Positions 36,867 through 47,786 of a stretch of 64,000 nt of DNA are shown here, one piece after another; within the stretch, counting starts at the first letter, position 1; each line of letters begins with the position of its first letter. The DNA comes from Candidatus Omnitrophota bacterium. GTDB lineage: Bacteria; Omnitrophota; Gorgyraeia; Duberdicusellales; 4484-171. Location: positions 4,976 through 68,975 of the forward strand of contig JAIPGM010000009.1 in NCBI GenBank assembly GCA_021735655.1, in the 5' to 3' direction. A model generated the notes under the pieces. It did no database searches and was not told the DNA's origin. It saw nothing but the letters and a program-made list of their open reading frames with translations. A program made the translations under genes and the position numbers.

Positions 36867-37157
36867 TTAAATTTTTCCCACCAGCATCAAAATACCAATT
36901 ACGATAAAAAGTGCCCCTGATCCATATTTAATATGCTCAGGATGAATATATTTACATAGAATATTCCCTAAAGAAACAGTAATTAAAGTAACTACAGCAA
37001 AGGCAGCTACTGAAGCCACAAATACCGTCAACCAAGATTTAGACTTTGCCGACAAACAAAGATTTGCCACTTGAGTTTTATCACCTAATTCAGCAAGAAA
37101 TATCGCACCAAAAGTAGCTAAAAATACCTTCCAATCCATAGTTTCCTCCTCTGTCAA
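36867..37157 (-). CDS. UPF0016/GDT1 (TMEM165)-family half-size cation transporter
   Basis: E-x-G-D-(KR)-(TS) signature present as ELGDKT. 96 aa, 3 TM. Confidence 0.65.
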   Translation of the reverse strand: MTEEETMDWKVFLATFGAIFLAELGDKTQVANLCLSAKSKSWLTVFVASVAAFAVVTLITVSLGNILCKYIHPEHIKYGSGALFIVIGILMLVGKI

Positions 37158-37162
37158 TAAAT

Positions 37163-37723
37163 TTAATTATGAATCATCAACCAGCGTATGCTATCACCCA
37201 CCTTGATAAGATTACCGGTCGCCAAATCACCATCATCTAAGGTGGAATCTACACGTTTATAAGCGTCATCAGGAATTGGACAAACGACTCCAGAATCCTG
37301 ATAACAAAAATTCAAAACAATTAACCGCATATCGGAATCTGCCCGACTCATAAAGTTCTGAACTAAATAAAGATTATTCCATGGGCTCGGTCCGACATTT
37401 TTCTCAAGATAAGGCCCATCCCAACCTAACCAATTACTGAAATTAATCATAATATCTGAACGACAAAAAGCCGGATTAGCCCTGGGTTCATCTATGCTTA
37501 TAAAACAAACCCCGCAAGCACAATAATCATCTCCCAGCCAATGGCCAGTGTCAGCATAAAGAGCAAGAACTGCGTTCTTAACTGACTTCATATCAGCTAT
37601 AGCCCTAGAAACCTTGGCCTTCTCAATTGCCTTAAAAGCATTGGGAGCGATAATTGCAGCAAGAATAGCAATTATTGCAATAACCACAATCAACTCAATC
37701 AGGGTGAAGCTTTTTCTTGTCAT
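37163..37723 (-). CDS. Type IV pilin / pseudopilin-like protein
   Basis: [25 protein letters not shown] is a prepilin-type N-terminal helix with Glu at +5, but Ser rather than Gly at -1. 5' end overlaps glnS by 29 nt. Confidence 0.6.
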   Translation of the reverse strand: MTRKSFTLIELIVVIAIIAILAAIIAPNAFKAIEKAKVSRAIADMKSVKNAVLALYADTGHWLGDDYCACGVCFISIDEPRANPAFCRSDIMINFSNWLGWDGPYLEKNVGPSPWNNLYLVQNFMSRADSDMRLIVLNFCYQDSGVVCPIPDDAYKRVDSTLDDGDLATGNLIKVGDSIRWLMIHN

Positions 37724-39419
37724 CTCTCTCCTTTTTTTTATCTTCGCTACTTTTTATTTTAGCCCAACTATCACGCAAACTAACTATTCGATTAAATACT
37801 AATTTATTTAAAGACAAATCAGCCGAATCAACACAAAAGTAACCCTTTCTTTCAAATTGATAGCGTTGGCCGGGTTGAGCATTCTTCAAACTTGGCTCAA
37901 GATAACACTCGTCAATGACCTCTAAAGATTTAGGATTTAAGCCGGTTTTCCAATCCTGGCCGGCCGAAGCCTTGTTGGGATCCCGTTCAGTAAAAAGATA
38001 GTCATAAAGCCTGATTTTGGCCTTTAAAGATTTTTCAGCCGCAACCCAGTGCAAAGTAGCTTTTACTTTACGGCCATCAGGCGAATCACCGCCACGGGTC
38101 GCCGGGTCATAACTACAGTGCAACTCGATTATCCTGCCAGCTTTATCCTTGATCACCTCCAAGCATTTAATAAAGTAGGCATAGCGCAGGCGCACTTCCT
38201 TACCCGGTGAAAGACGAAAAAACTTTTTTGGCGGATCTTCCTGGAAATCGCCTTGCTCGATATATAAAACTTTTGAAAAAGGAACCTTTCTTTTACCCAT
38301 AGCAGGGTCCTCAGGATTGTTAATCGCTTCGAGTTGCTCGATCTTACCTTCAGGATAATTGGTAATGACCACCTTTAAGGGGCGCAACACTGCCATTACC
38401 CGAGGAGCAGTTTTATTTAGCTCTTGGCGAATAGTATTTTCAAGTACAACCATATCGATTATACTGTTAAATTTTGCTACTCCGATGGTTTGGCAAAAAC
38501 TCCTAATTGAACTTGCAGTATAGCCACGTCTACGTAGGCCACTCAAAGTCGGCATCCGCGGATCATCCCAGCCACTTACATATCTACCCTCAACTAATTC
38601 TAGAAGTTTTCTTTTACTTAAAACCGTATGGCTAAGGTTCAAGCGAGCAAATTCAATCTGACGTGGATGATGAACCTCCAACTGGTCAAGTATCCAATCG
38701 TATAAAGGACGATTGTTTTCAAACTCTAAAGTACAAATAGAATGAGTTATCCGCTCAATAGAGTCAGAAAGACAATGAGCAAAATCATACATCGGATAAA
38801 TACACCATTTATCCCTTGTGCGATGATGTCTCACTCGACGAATGCGATAAAGGGCTGGGTCGCGCATATTTAAATTAGGAGAACTCATGTCTATCTTTGC
38901 CCGTAAAACCCTTGCTCCATCTTCAAACTCACCCGCCTTCATTCTCTTGAACAAATTTAAATTCTCAGCAATTGAACGATCTCGATAAGGACTATCTTTA
39001 CCGGGTTTAATTAAGGTTCCTCGATATTCTCTTATTTGATCAGAAGTTAAATCACAAACATAGGCCTTACCTTTTTTGATCAACTTTTCTGCATATTTAT
39101 AAAGTTTAGTAAAGTAATCAGAAGCGTAAAATTTATGCCAACCCCAAGAAAAACCCAGCCAGCGAACATCCCTTTTTATTGATTCAACGTATTCAATATC
39201 CTCCTTAGCCGGATTAGTATCATCAAAGCGCAGATTACACTTTCCCCGATAATCCCGAGCAATACCAAAATTAAGACAAATTGATTTAGCGTGGCCAATA
39301 TGCAAATACCCATTAGGTTCAGGCGGAAAGCGGGTATGGACCTTGGCTCGATTATTGTCCTTTAAATCTTGATCAATAATATCTCTGATAAAATTAGAAG
39401 TTATTTTTGATTCTTCCAT
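37695..39419 (-). CDS. glnS: Glutamine--tRNA ligase
   Basis: [19 protein letters not shown] (HIGH) and [11 protein letters not shown] (KMSKS-equivalent). 574 aa with a GlnRS-type anticodon-binding C-terminal half. Confidence 0.8.
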   Translation of the reverse strand: MEESKITSNFIRDIIDQDLKDNNRAKVHTRFPPEPNGYLHIGHAKSICLNFGIARDYRGKCNLRFDDTNPAKEDIEYVESIKRDVRWLGFSWGWHKFYASDYFTKLYKYAEKLIKKGKAYVCDLTSDQIREYRGTLIKPGKDSPYRDRSIAENLNLFKRMKAGEFEDGARVLRAKIDMSSPNLNMRDPALYRIRRVRHHRTRDKWCIYPMYDFAHCLSDSIERITHSICTLEFENNRPLYDWILDQLEVHHPRQIEFARLNLSHTVLSKRKLLELVEGRYVSGWDDPRMPTLSGLRRRGYTASSIRSFCQTIGVAKFNSIIDMVVLENTIRQELNKTAPRVMAVLRPLKVVITNYPEGKIEQLEAINNPEDPAMGKRKVPFSKVLYIEQGDFQEDPPKKFFRLSPGKEVRLRYAYFIKCLEVIKDKAGRIIELHCSYDPATRGGDSPDGRKVKATLHWVAAEKSLKAKIRLYDYLFTERDPNKASAGQDWKTGLNPKSLEVIDECYLEPSLKNAQPGQRYQFERKGYFCVDSADLSLNKLVFNRIVSLRDSWAKIKSSEDKKKERDDKKKLHPD

Positions 39420-39430
39420 ATAACCTTCGG

Positions 39431-41872
39431 CTATCTCTTAGGTGCTGACTTATTGTCCAACTTCTCAGCGACTCTTACCGCTTCAACACCATCTTTTGCG
39501 TATTTAGCACCTATTGAATCAGCATAAGCTTTATTGACTACCGCCCCGCCAATCATAAATTTACATTTTAAACCTTCCCTCTCGGCGGACTTAACCACCT
39601 CATCCATATTAATCATAGTTGTAGTCATAAGCGCTGAGAGCCCCACAATATCCGGAGAATATATCTTTATATTCTGAATGATCTTTTTAGTCGAAATATC
39701 CTTTCCTAAGTCGATAATCTTAAACCCGTGATTCTTAAGCATCAAAGCTACTATATTCTTACCGATGTCATGGACATCCCCCTTAACCGTAGCTAGAATA
39801 ATTACTCCCTTTTTAGCCCAAGCTAACTTCTGGTTCTTTAAGTAAGGCTCTAAACGGGAGACTCCTTTTTTCATCGCCTCAGCGCTGGCAATTAGCTGCG
39901 GCAGAAAGTATTCTTTTCGATCAAAAAGGTTACCAACCTTTATTATTGCCGGGGTCATTACCTGCTCTATAAGTTTTGACGGTGTCTCCCCCGACTCTAG
40001 AGCCTTTTGAATAAACTCTTCAATTTGGCTTCTATCCCCTTCAATAATCGCAATCGATACATAATCACAAGGAGAAAGCTTCTTTTTGCTTATTCTTTTA
40101 CTGAAGGTTGATTCTTTTTGCTTAGCATAAGCAGCGATAAATTTTTCGCTAGCCTTAGGTTTATTAAATAATAAGTCTTCGGCTAATTTATTCCGTAAAC
40201 CTGGTGAATCCTCAGGATCGGCAATTGCTAAAGTTAGCCCTTTGATTCCGGCCAATTTTAAAAAAACTTTATTAATTAAATGTCTCTGAGGAAGCCCAAA
40301 TGAAATATTCGAAAGCCCAACTATTGTTTTAGCTTTAAAGCTCCTCGTGCACCAGCTGATAGTCTTGAAAACCTCTCCAGCAGCCTGAGCATTCCAAGAA
40401 AGCGGCATCACTAGCCCATCAATTAAAATATCCTCTTTAGAAAATCCTATTTTTTTTGCCGCCTTAAAAACGGCCTCGATTATCGGCTTACGTTCCTTAA
40501 AAGTTTTAGGGAGCTTTTTTCCGGCCAAAGGCAAGATTATAAACATTGCTCCGTATTTTTTAGCTATATTAAGTAGCTTTTTAAGCTTTCGACTTTCTCC
40601 GGAAATAGAATTAATCAAAGCTCGTCCAGGATAGAATCTTAAGGCTTGCTCGATAACTTCAGGATTTGCTGAGTCAATTACCAAAGGCAATGAAGTTGCA
40701 AGTGGCAATAACGATATAACTTCAAGCATCGCCTTTTTCTCATCAACTCTTGGAGCGCCCAAATTTACATCCAAAAGCTTTGCTCCCTGAGCCTCTTGAG
40801 CTTTAGCAAAAGTGCGGATTTGGGTATATTTATTTTGAAGCAACTCGGCTTGCATAGTCTTTTTACCGGTTGGATTTATTTTTTCACCAACAACAATCGG
40901 AAATTTTTCTTTCTCGAAAATAAAAACTCCCCGAGCAGAACTTAAGGCCGCTATCTTTTTTCGCTTAGGAAAAACTGGCTTACTCCTTAAGGCAACTTTT
41001 TTTAGCTTAAAGATATGTTCCGGCGTTGTTCCGCAACAACCGCCGATTATAGTTGCTCCGGCAGTAATTAACTTTTTAGCCGAATCAGCAAAATCTCCGG
41101 GCTTCATATTAAAAACAGCCTTGTTATTAATAAGCTTCGGCATGCCGGCATTTGGTTTAGCTACCAAAGGCACAGTGCTATATGGCCTCATCTTTGAAAT
41201 TATCTTAACCATAGCTTGAGGGCCACTTGAACAATTGCAACCTATAGCATCAGCCCCTAAACTCTGTAAAGTAATTAAGGCACTAACCGGATCATTACCA
41301 TTTAAAGTCCGCCCCCCTGACTCGTAGGTCATGGTTACTATAGTGAATTTATTAGTAAGCTCTTTTACTGCAATCAAGGCGGCTCGGGCCTCTTGAATAT
41401 CAATCATCGTCTCAATAGCAAAAAGATCAACCCCACCCAAAAGCAACCCCTTAACCTGCTCTTTATAAATATCTACGGCTTGATTAAAATCCAAAGAGCC
41501 AAAGGGCTTAATAAACTCACCGGTCGTAGCTATATCACCAGCAACTAAGGCTTTTTTGCCCACAGCCTGGCGGGCTAATAAGGCTAGACGTCGATTGACC
41601 GACACCACATCTTTAATCTTGAAATGGGAAAGTTTCAGGCGATTGGCACCAAAAGTACAAGCATAAACTATATCCGAACCAGCCTTAAGATAGTCCGAAT
41701 GGACACTTTTTGTAAGCTCAGGATTCTTAAGGCACCAACTTTCCGGACAAACTCCTTGAGGCATGCCGCGCTTATGCAACTCGGTTCCGGTTGCTCCATC
41801 AAGCAAAACAACACGCTTTTTTAGAAGTAGTTTGATTCTAGAATTACTCATAGCCTTTGGATGACTCCACAA
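39431..41872 (-). CDS. metH: Cobalamin-dependent methionine synthase core (Hcy-binding, pterin-binding and B12-binding modules; no activation domain)
   Basis: Hcy-domain Cys motifs ([17 protein letters not shown]). Pterin-binding region. B12 cap and Rossmann domain with [10 protein letters not shown] (DxHxxG). 813 aa versus about 1200 for full-length MetH. Confidence 0.75.
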   Translation of the reverse strand: MWSHPKAMSNSRIKLLLKKRVVLLDGATGTELHKRGMPQGVCPESWCLKNPELTKSVHSDYLKAGSDIVYACTFGANRLKLSHFKIKDVVSVNRRLALLARQAVGKKALVAGDIATTGEFIKPFGSLDFNQAVDIYKEQVKGLLLGGVDLFAIETMIDIQEARAALIAVKELTNKFTIVTMTYESGGRTLNGNDPVSALITLQSLGADAIGCNCSSGPQAMVKIISKMRPYSTVPLVAKPNAGMPKLINNKAVFNMKPGDFADSAKKLITAGATIIGGCCGTTPEHIFKLKKVALRSKPVFPKRKKIAALSSARGVFIFEKEKFPIVVGEKINPTGKKTMQAELLQNKYTQIRTFAKAQEAQGAKLLDVNLGAPRVDEKKAMLEVISLLPLATSLPLVIDSANPEVIEQALRFYPGRALINSISGESRKLKKLLNIAKKYGAMFIILPLAGKKLPKTFKERKPIIEAVFKAAKKIGFSKEDILIDGLVMPLSWNAQAAGEVFKTISWCTRSFKAKTIVGLSNISFGLPQRHLINKVFLKLAGIKGLTLAIADPEDSPGLRNKLAEDLLFNKPKASEKFIAAYAKQKESTFSKRISKKKLSPCDYVSIAIIEGDRSQIEEFIQKALESGETPSKLIEQVMTPAIIKVGNLFDRKEYFLPQLIASAEAMKKGVSRLEPYLKNQKLAWAKKGVIILATVKGDVHDIGKNIVALMLKNHGFKIIDLGKDISTKKIIQNIKIYSPDIVGLSALMTTTMINMDEVVKSAEREGLKCKFMIGGAVVNKAYADSIGAKYAKDGVEAVRVAEKLDNKSAPKR

Positions 41873-42471
41873 ATAGCGGTAACTGATTTCTCAGGAATAA
41901 GTACATATCTATCGGTTATTGAAACTTGGATTTTTTCTAATTGCAAAAGCCGATGAATTGTCTCTTGGTTTGTAAGTGCAAAATCACCATAACCGCAGGA
42001 TATCCGTTTAGGAATCAACTGTTTATTCTCACGTTTAAGTTGCGGTCCAAAATAATCTTGAATCCAGACAAATGAAGCATCAACAGTTTCCGAAGCAACC
42101 GCATCAAAAACAACTCCCCGAGTTAAATCGTTGTCTTTAACATTTGTAATCGCCTTGACTATTTCGGCCCCGGCGGTCGCCCCAATCAAAAGAAGCTCCT
42201 GGCAGTCTTCAAAAACCGACCCAACAAGGTTGCCTTCAAAAATTACCCCTTCGGAAAGCTCTAATTTTGAAACATGCTTCATCTCAATGGCAATTCGCCG
42301 AGCGGCTCCTTTTAGCTGTATAAGCTGAACTGCCTCTTCAATATAGGCCTTAAGCTCTTTTTCCTGCTCAGAAGATATCTTAGTCACCCCCGGTTGATAT
42401 CCTAAGCGGGCATATATTTTCTCAATTGGTATTTTGACTCCGATTTGATTAAAAAATCTTACCTTATTCAT
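41848..42471 (-). CDS. Methionine synthase activation (AdoMet-binding reactivation) domain protein
   Basis: 207 aa. Stand-alone homolog of the MetH C-terminal domain, encoded immediately upstream of the MetH core. Confidence 0.5.
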   Translation of the reverse strand: MNKVRFFNQIGVKIPIEKIYARLGYQPGVTKISSEQEKELKAYIEEAVQLIQLKGAARRIAIEMKHVSKLELSEGVIFEGNLVGSVFEDCQELLLIGATAGAEIVKAITNVKDNDLTRGVVFDAVASETVDASFVWIQDYFGPQLKRENKQLIPKRISCGYGDFALTNQETIHRLLQLEKIQVSITDRYVLIPEKSVTAICGVIQRL

Positions 42472-42493
42472 TATAAAAATTAATCATAGGTTT

Positions 42494-43654
42494 TTAAAAG
42501 GCTGCTTTTAATATCCCTAAAACATCTAAAGTCTCTAATTTTTTAAATGTCCCAATTGGACCAAAAACCATGGCCTTAGAAACTAATAATGAGAGCTCAG
42601 ACTCTTTAACTCCTACTTCACGCAAAGTTTTCGGCATAGCCAAACTATCAAAAAATTCTCGAGTTTTCTTAATTGACTGTTTAGCTAGAGCAAACTTATC
42701 TTCCCCCTCTAGGCCCCAAACATTTATTGCGTATTCAGCAAACTTATCAACCGTGGTTTCATTTAAAACTGCATTCATCCAAAACGGAACAATTATCGCC
42801 AGCCCGACCCCGTGAGTTACATCATAAACCGCACTAACCGCATGTTCGATAGCGTGGGTTGACCAATCACCAATTTTACCATAGCTAAGCAATCCGCATA
42901 AAGCTAGGCTGCTAGCCCACATAATATTTGCCCGGGCCTGATAGTTTTTTGGTTCATTCATGACTACTGATCCATAATGTAGGCAAGTTTTAAAAATCGC
43001 CTCAGCTAATCTATCTTGCAAAAAAGCTCCTGAGACAGAAGAAAAATACTGCTCGATTACATGAACATAAATATCAACCACTCCGGCTGCAGTCTGCTCC
43101 TTAGGTAAGTTAAACATAACCTCAGGATCTAAAACTGAAAATTTTGGCCGAAGGATATCGCTTCCGGCAGCAAGCTTCTCCTGGGTCTGTTCATTGCTAA
43201 TTACGCTATAGCCATTCATCTCTGAACCGGAAGCCGCTAGAGTCAATACCGTGCCTAGAGCTAAGGCCTGTTTTATTTCTGTCTGCTTTGAGAAAAAATC
43301 CCAAGGATCCTGATCGTAAAGCGTACCGCAAGCAACCGCTTTTGCACAATCAATGACTGAACCGCCGCCAACGGCTAAAACAAAGCCCAAATTATTCTCA
43401 CGACAAAGAGCCACCCCCTCCCTAACCGTCTTAATCCTCGGATTAGGCCTAACTCCCGATAGCTCTTTATAAAAAATATTATTCGCTTCTAATATTTTTA
43501 CTATTTTTTGGTAAATACCGTTCTGCTTAATACTCGAACGACCATAGACTATCAGCACTCGATCGGCATATTTTTTTATCTCCGGACCAAGGCTATCAAG
43601 CCGATCCCTACCAAAAAATATTTTCGTATCAACTAAATAGTTAAAATCTAACAT
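42494..43654 (-). CDS. Iron-containing alcohol dehydrogenase
   Basis: Start reassigned to MLDFNYLVDTKIFFG. AVGGGSVIDCAK NAD motif. Conserved His residues in the C-terminal half. Confidence 0.75.
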   Translation of the reverse strand: MLDFNYLVDTKIFFGRDRLDSLGPEIKKYADRVLIVYGRSSIKQNGIYQKIVKILEANNIFYKELSGVRPNPRIKTVREGVALCRENNLGFVLAVGGGSVIDCAKAVACGTLYDQDPWDFFSKQTEIKQALALGTVLTLAASGSEMNGYSVISNEQTQEKLAAGSDILRPKFSVLDPEVMFNLPKEQTAAGVVDIYVHVIEQYFSSVSGAFLQDRLAEAIFKTCLHYGSVVMNEPKNYQARANIMWASSLALCGLLSYGKIGDWSTHAIEHAVSAVYDVTHGVGLAIIVPFWMNAVLNETTVDKFAEYAINVWGLEGEDKFALAKQSIKKTREFFDSLAMPKTLREVGVKESELSLLVSKAMVFGPIGTFKKLETLDVLGILKAAF

Positions 43655-43655
43655 C

Positions 43656-45272
43656 TTACTGAGGCTTTGGATGCTTTCCAAGCATAAGGTTTGTTTGAAC
43701 ACTTAAAGTAGCTGCAGCTGTTAAAAAAATTCCCACCGGAACTAAAAAAATTAAGGCGAAAAATTGAGAAATTTGGTTAAAGAAACCCAGCTTAGATTTC
43801 TTTCTCGGAAAAACTAAACTAGTCAAAACGATTGAAATAATAAAGCATGCTGTCATCAAAGCAAAAATTACAAAAGTTATTCTCGGAGCACTGTAATATA
43901 TTCCGGAATCTGAAAATTCACGACCTGACAGTAAGGCCGGAAGCCAGCCAATGATAAATATAATAAAAGGCCAAACAGCCGGCAAGATTTGGGCCTCAAG
44001 CAACTTAAAGGCACAAATAATTTTTTTTAGAAACGGCATCCGGCCAATCCTTAAAAGGGCTCGCATCACAATCGGTAGATTCTCTCCGGCATAAGCTAAA
44101 TTACATTTTTTCTTATAAAGTTCAGAAACTGAATCCGAAGAATCTCCAGCGATATCCATGGTAATTGGATAAGTAACATACAACGGATTAATGGTGAACG
44201 CACCATTAAAATTAATAAAAGCTTTCCAAAAAAATGATAAATCAGCTGAGATTAAATCGCTTGGCCAAAACTTAAGCTCAAGCAAAGTTGCCAAACTAAC
44301 ACTAAAACTAGAAAAAATAATCAAATTGTCAGGATGAACCGCTTCAATTATTTGAAAAAATGAAGCGGCCGCGTTAAGAACCCTTCCTGGGGCCGAAGCT
44401 CGCCAAAGAGAAACGTCGTAAGCAGCAATCGCTTGAAAACAAGCCAGTTGACGACTAGGCAAAACCATAAAACGATAAGTAAGGCAACTGTAGTGGTCCG
44501 GATTAACTAAAGCTCCGGGCTCTAGAGATGAAGTAATCACATTTTCGTGGGCAATTTTCTTTTCTTTGAAGTAGTTAGCTGCCTGGCTAGCAGCCTGGCT
44601 AAGGATGGCCCCCTTAAAAGATTTCCCGGTTTGAGATTCAGCTGAGCAAGCTACGGTTAAAAAATCAAAAAACTTATCGCGATAACGCTCGATGAGACGC
44701 CGATTACTCAACTTTGCATTCTCGCTAACTCCCGGCTCAAAAGCCAAAACCACTACCATCCTTATTGAAGGAAAGTTACCGCCAATTAAGCTAGTAACTG
44801 TTTTTGAAATCAAATTCTCTTGATTATCACTAACCGGAATTATAATTAAATGATGTATATCATCTAATTGCGGCGCCTTCTGTTTACTTTTCTCTAAAAG
44901 ACGCATTTCTTTTCTATGAATTAAAAATGATATGTCTTGCTTAGTTTTAGATGCCGCCTCTAAGTCATTTAACTCTTTCCAATAAGTATAGATACGATTT
45001 AAGCCTCTTGCCCGCTCCGGCCAATTAGCCTGTGACTCAAGTTCCAAGCGAGAACATCTAAGAACAAAAGATATCGCCATATAAAGAAGACGCAGAAACC
45101 AGTAAAAACTAAAAGCGATAGTAATAACTGCGGCGATAAGTGGCCTCACAAAGCAAACTACAGTCAGCGCCAAAAGAATAGTCCAACTTATAGCTGCTGG
45201 CAAGATTTCAAAAAATCTTTGCAATATTTTATCTAATTTACTTAAATTCTTATATGAAAATTCAAACTCCAT
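43656..45272 (-). CDS. Hypothetical polytopic membrane protein, possibly GT2-like
   Basis: Several TM helices. The HHLIIIPVSDNQENLISKTVTSL segment resembles the IPxYNEE start of family-2 glycosyltransferases. Confidence 0.35.
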   Translation of the reverse strand: MEFEFSYKNLSKLDKILQRFFEILPAAISWTILLALTVVCFVRPLIAAVITIAFSFYWFLRLLYMAISFVLRCSRLELESQANWPERARGLNRIYTYWKELNDLEAASKTKQDISFLIHRKEMRLLEKSKQKAPQLDDIHHLIIIPVSDNQENLISKTVTSLIGGNFPSIRMVVVLAFEPGVSENAKLSNRRLIERYRDKFFDFLTVACSAESQTGKSFKGAILSQAASQAANYFKEKKIAHENVITSSLEPGALVNPDHYSCLTYRFMVLPSRQLACFQAIAAYDVSLWRASAPGRVLNAAASFFQIIEAVHPDNLIIFSSFSVSLATLLELKFWPSDLISADLSFFWKAFINFNGAFTINPLYVTYPITMDIAGDSSDSVSELYKKKCNLAYAGENLPIVMRALLRIGRMPFLKKIICAFKLLEAQILPAVWPFIIFIIGWLPALLSGREFSDSGIYYSAPRITFVIFALMTACFIISIVLTSLVFPRKKSKLGFFNQISQFFALIFLVPVGIFLTAAATLSVQTNLMLGKHPKPQ

Positions 45273-45278
45273 ATCTAT

Positions 45279-46724
45279 TTACCTCTTCTTGCTTAAGTAT
45301 TCTCGATAAGAAAATGGCCTTTCTCGATTCAGGTCAATAACTTCAGCGCAACTTAACTTTTTAGTAAGCGCATCCAAATAATATAACTTTCCATTATCCT
45401 CCAAATAGTGAACTGAAGAATTAGTTTTTATTTTAATAATTTGATTAGGAGCAGCCTCCCCCTCAGCTTTAAGCTCAAAAATAAAAACTTCGTCAGCATC
45501 AGCTAAAACAATATAAGTTCCCTGATAGGCCCAAAAACTCTGAGTAATATCACGACCCTTAGTATAAAACCAGTACCCTTTCGTCGGTGTGGTCTTAACA
45601 TAGGTAGGATCTACCGCCAATAAAGGCCGATAATCCATAATTCCAGCCTGCTTCTTCATCCAAAACAATACCCGTTTAGTCTTTCGATGAAACTCAAGCC
45701 CCCTAACTCCACTTTCGGTAATACGATGCGGCAAATGGTTGCTTAAAAGCTTTCCCTCTTCACCAAGAAAGATAATTAAATCCTCATCTAAAGGTTTAAC
45801 CTCAAAGAATCCTTTATCTCCAAAAAGAAATTTACCCAAAATCGGATCATTTATCAAAACCTTTTGATTTCTTCGAGCATAATTAATACGAAAAAGAGTA
45901 TTAATCTCTTTTAAAACATATATTTTGTTGTTAAAAAGACCATAGCCACGTAAATTGTCTATATAATCAGCCTCTAACGATTGTTCAATTAAATCTATTT
46001 TACTAAGGCTATTGTTCTCAAAAGGAAAAAAATACCTAGACTGTCCTGGCTCCCAAATAATATGCTCAGGGCTTCCGGTAAAAAAACGACTAATATCTTT
46101 AACATTAACATAATCAATATCTTGTTCGATTAAAAGATACTTTTCTCCATTGAAATTTCTAACCCTAGCAATCACCGTAGAACTTTCCTTAATCTTAAAT
46201 AGGGAAACTACCTCGTAATTCGCCAAGGTTGAATCAGAACGCACAAATGATGTTAGAGCTTCTGACTTTGAATCAAAGCTGTAATAATCTCTAAGCTTAG
46301 GACCTTTAGCTAAAATAAAAAATCTACTTCCGGATAATGGGATCAGCTTTTGAAAAGAATCAGAAGATAGTTCGCGGGTTACCCATCTCTGTGGAATCAA
46401 TAAAATTTTATCGAAAACAGATGCTAATTTAGGGAGAGCGGTAATTTTATAATGCCAAGGCTTATAATTTTTTAAGGAAAGTGTGACATCGTATGATCCC
46501 GGCAACATGCCAGATAGGGCCGCTGGAGTTTTCTCGGTAAAACGCCTCCCTTCAACATGAATTGTAGCGCCCGGCGGACTGCTAGAGAGGAAAATAAGAC
46601 CAGCCAAATCACCCTCGCCCCCTGGCCTCATAATTCGGCCAAAACTATATAAAAGAAGTAAAGGACAAAGAATAAGATAAGCTGCTATGAAACTAAAAAG
46701 GAGTGTTTTTCTTAAATAAAGCAT
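45279..46724 (-). CDS. PEGA-domain protein
   Basis: PGATIHVEGRRFTEKTPAALSGMLPGSYDVTLSLKNYKPW matches the PEGA motif. N-terminal TM. Confidence 0.6.
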   Translation of the reverse strand: MLYLRKTLLFSFIAAYLILCPLLLLYSFGRIMRPGGEGDLAGLIFLSSSPPGATIHVEGRRFTEKTPAALSGMLPGSYDVTLSLKNYKPWHYKITALPKLASVFDKILLIPQRWVTRELSSDSFQKLIPLSGSRFFILAKGPKLRDYYSFDSKSEALTSFVRSDSTLANYEVVSLFKIKESSTVIARVRNFNGEKYLLIEQDIDYVNVKDISRFFTGSPEHIIWEPGQSRYFFPFENNSLSKIDLIEQSLEADYIDNLRGYGLFNNKIYVLKEINTLFRINYARRNQKVLINDPILGKFLFGDKGFFEVKPLDEDLIIFLGEEGKLLSNHLPHRITESGVRGLEFHRKTKRVLFWMKKQAGIMDYRPLLAVDPTYVKTTPTKGYWFYTKGRDITQSFWAYQGTYIVLADADEVFIFELKAEGEAAPNQIIKIKTNSSVHYLEDNGKLYYLDALTKKLSCAEVIDLNRERPFSYREYLSKKR

Positions 46725-46753
46725 AATCTAAACCTAAAATAAGTACCTTATAC

Positions 46754-46781
46754 ATTATAACAAAATGTAGAAAAAATGTAA
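46754..46781 (-). promoter_or_regulatory. Sigma70-like promoter with extended -10 upstream of the PEGA gene
   Basis: Minus strand: TTACAT (46781..46776), a 16-nt spacer, then TGT-TATAAT (46762..46754). About 23 nt 5' UTR to the ATG at 46724. Confidence 0.4.
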
Positions 46782-46920
46782 GCCTATTTCCCTTAATAAA
46801 CATTACGCTATTATCTATCCGCTTTCTACCTTGCTACTTTTAAAGGCAATCATATTTTATTTACCTCCGATTATTCAATATGGTAATATAAAATCACCTC
46901 AATAGAATAAAAATAAGACT

Positions 46921-47200
46921 ATGCAAATAAATCTGGCTAAATCTTCTGGTTTTTGTTTCGGGGTAAAAGAGCTGTTAGCATTACCCTATCTAGCTCAAAA
47001 AAAGTTCAGAAGTTACAAAAAGCCGCAGTAGTGGTTCAATCAACTCAAAATTTTGAAAAAAAACGCTTAAAACCGTTAAAAAGCTTACTAAATACATTAA
47101 AAACCTATGGTTTAAAGGAATAAAAAAAGTAGGGATTATAGCTGGAGCTTCAACACCTGAATCTACAACTAAGACAATTATTGAAAAAATACCCGCCTAA
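46921..47200 (+). pseudogene. ispH: ispH (4-hydroxy-3-methylbut-2-enyl diphosphate reductase) remnant with large internal deletion and frameshifts
   Basis: The plus strand reads MQINLAKSSGFCFGVK (IspH N-terminus M.I.LAK.AGFCFGVKRAV). The same locus ends ...NLWFKGIKKVGIIAGASTPESTTKTIIEKIPA* (IspH C-terminus W..GVK.VGITAGASTP). The two pieces are in different frames and only about 280 nt apart, against about 900 nt for an intact gene. It is the only sense-strand feature in the window. Confidence 0.65.
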
Positions 47201-47210
47201 ACAAACAAAT

Positions 47211-47786
47211 CTAAGGAATCCTATTTTTTGCCTTCTTCAATAAAGTATATTCAACATAGCCGCATAAAACTTCCTGCACCTTAGCCGGGGGCGGGACAGC
47301 AAAGTAATGAGAAATGACTGCATGAGCCATCTCATGACCAAGCATGCCAAGAGTTAAGTCTTGATAGGAAATATAGATTGTATTTTTGGAATGAAGATAG
47401 AAAGAACGCTCCGGAAAACTAGAACCAAAATAACTGCTAAACACTGAGCTCAAAGATGACTGATCCGGAAGAATGCTTATCTTGCCGTGAAAGCTATAAA
47501 CATGGATATCGAGGATATCGGAAACTTCCAAATACAAATCATCCATCGCCTGTGCTATGAGAGAGTAAGAATCATTTTTCTGCTTGCCAAAAAAACTGTC
47601 AACATTTCCTAAATAGCTAAAATTTATTTTACTTAACAAAGAAACAACATCTAGCTTGCGAGACCCATAAACCGAAAAGTATTTTCCGGTAGCAAGAAGC
47701 GAAAGGCTACCCTCTTGAGCTAAAACCTTAGGAGTAAATAAAACCCCTAACATGACAATAGACAGTATTAAGCTCTTTTTCATCAA
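47211..47786 (-). CDS. Secreted protein with HExxH motif (putative metallopeptidase-like)
   Basis: Signal peptide MMKKSLILSIVMLGVLFTPKVLAQ. GHEMAHAV. Confidence 0.4.
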   Translation of the reverse strand: MMKKSLILSIVMLGVLFTPKVLAQEGSLSLLATGKYFSVYGSRKLDVVSLLSKINFSYLGNVDSFFGKQKNDSYSLIAQAMDDLYLEVSDILDIHVYSFHGKISILPDQSSLSSVFSSYFGSSFPERSFYLHSKNTIYISYQDLTLGMLGHEMAHAVISHYFAVPPPAKVQEVLCGYVEYTLLKKAKNRIP

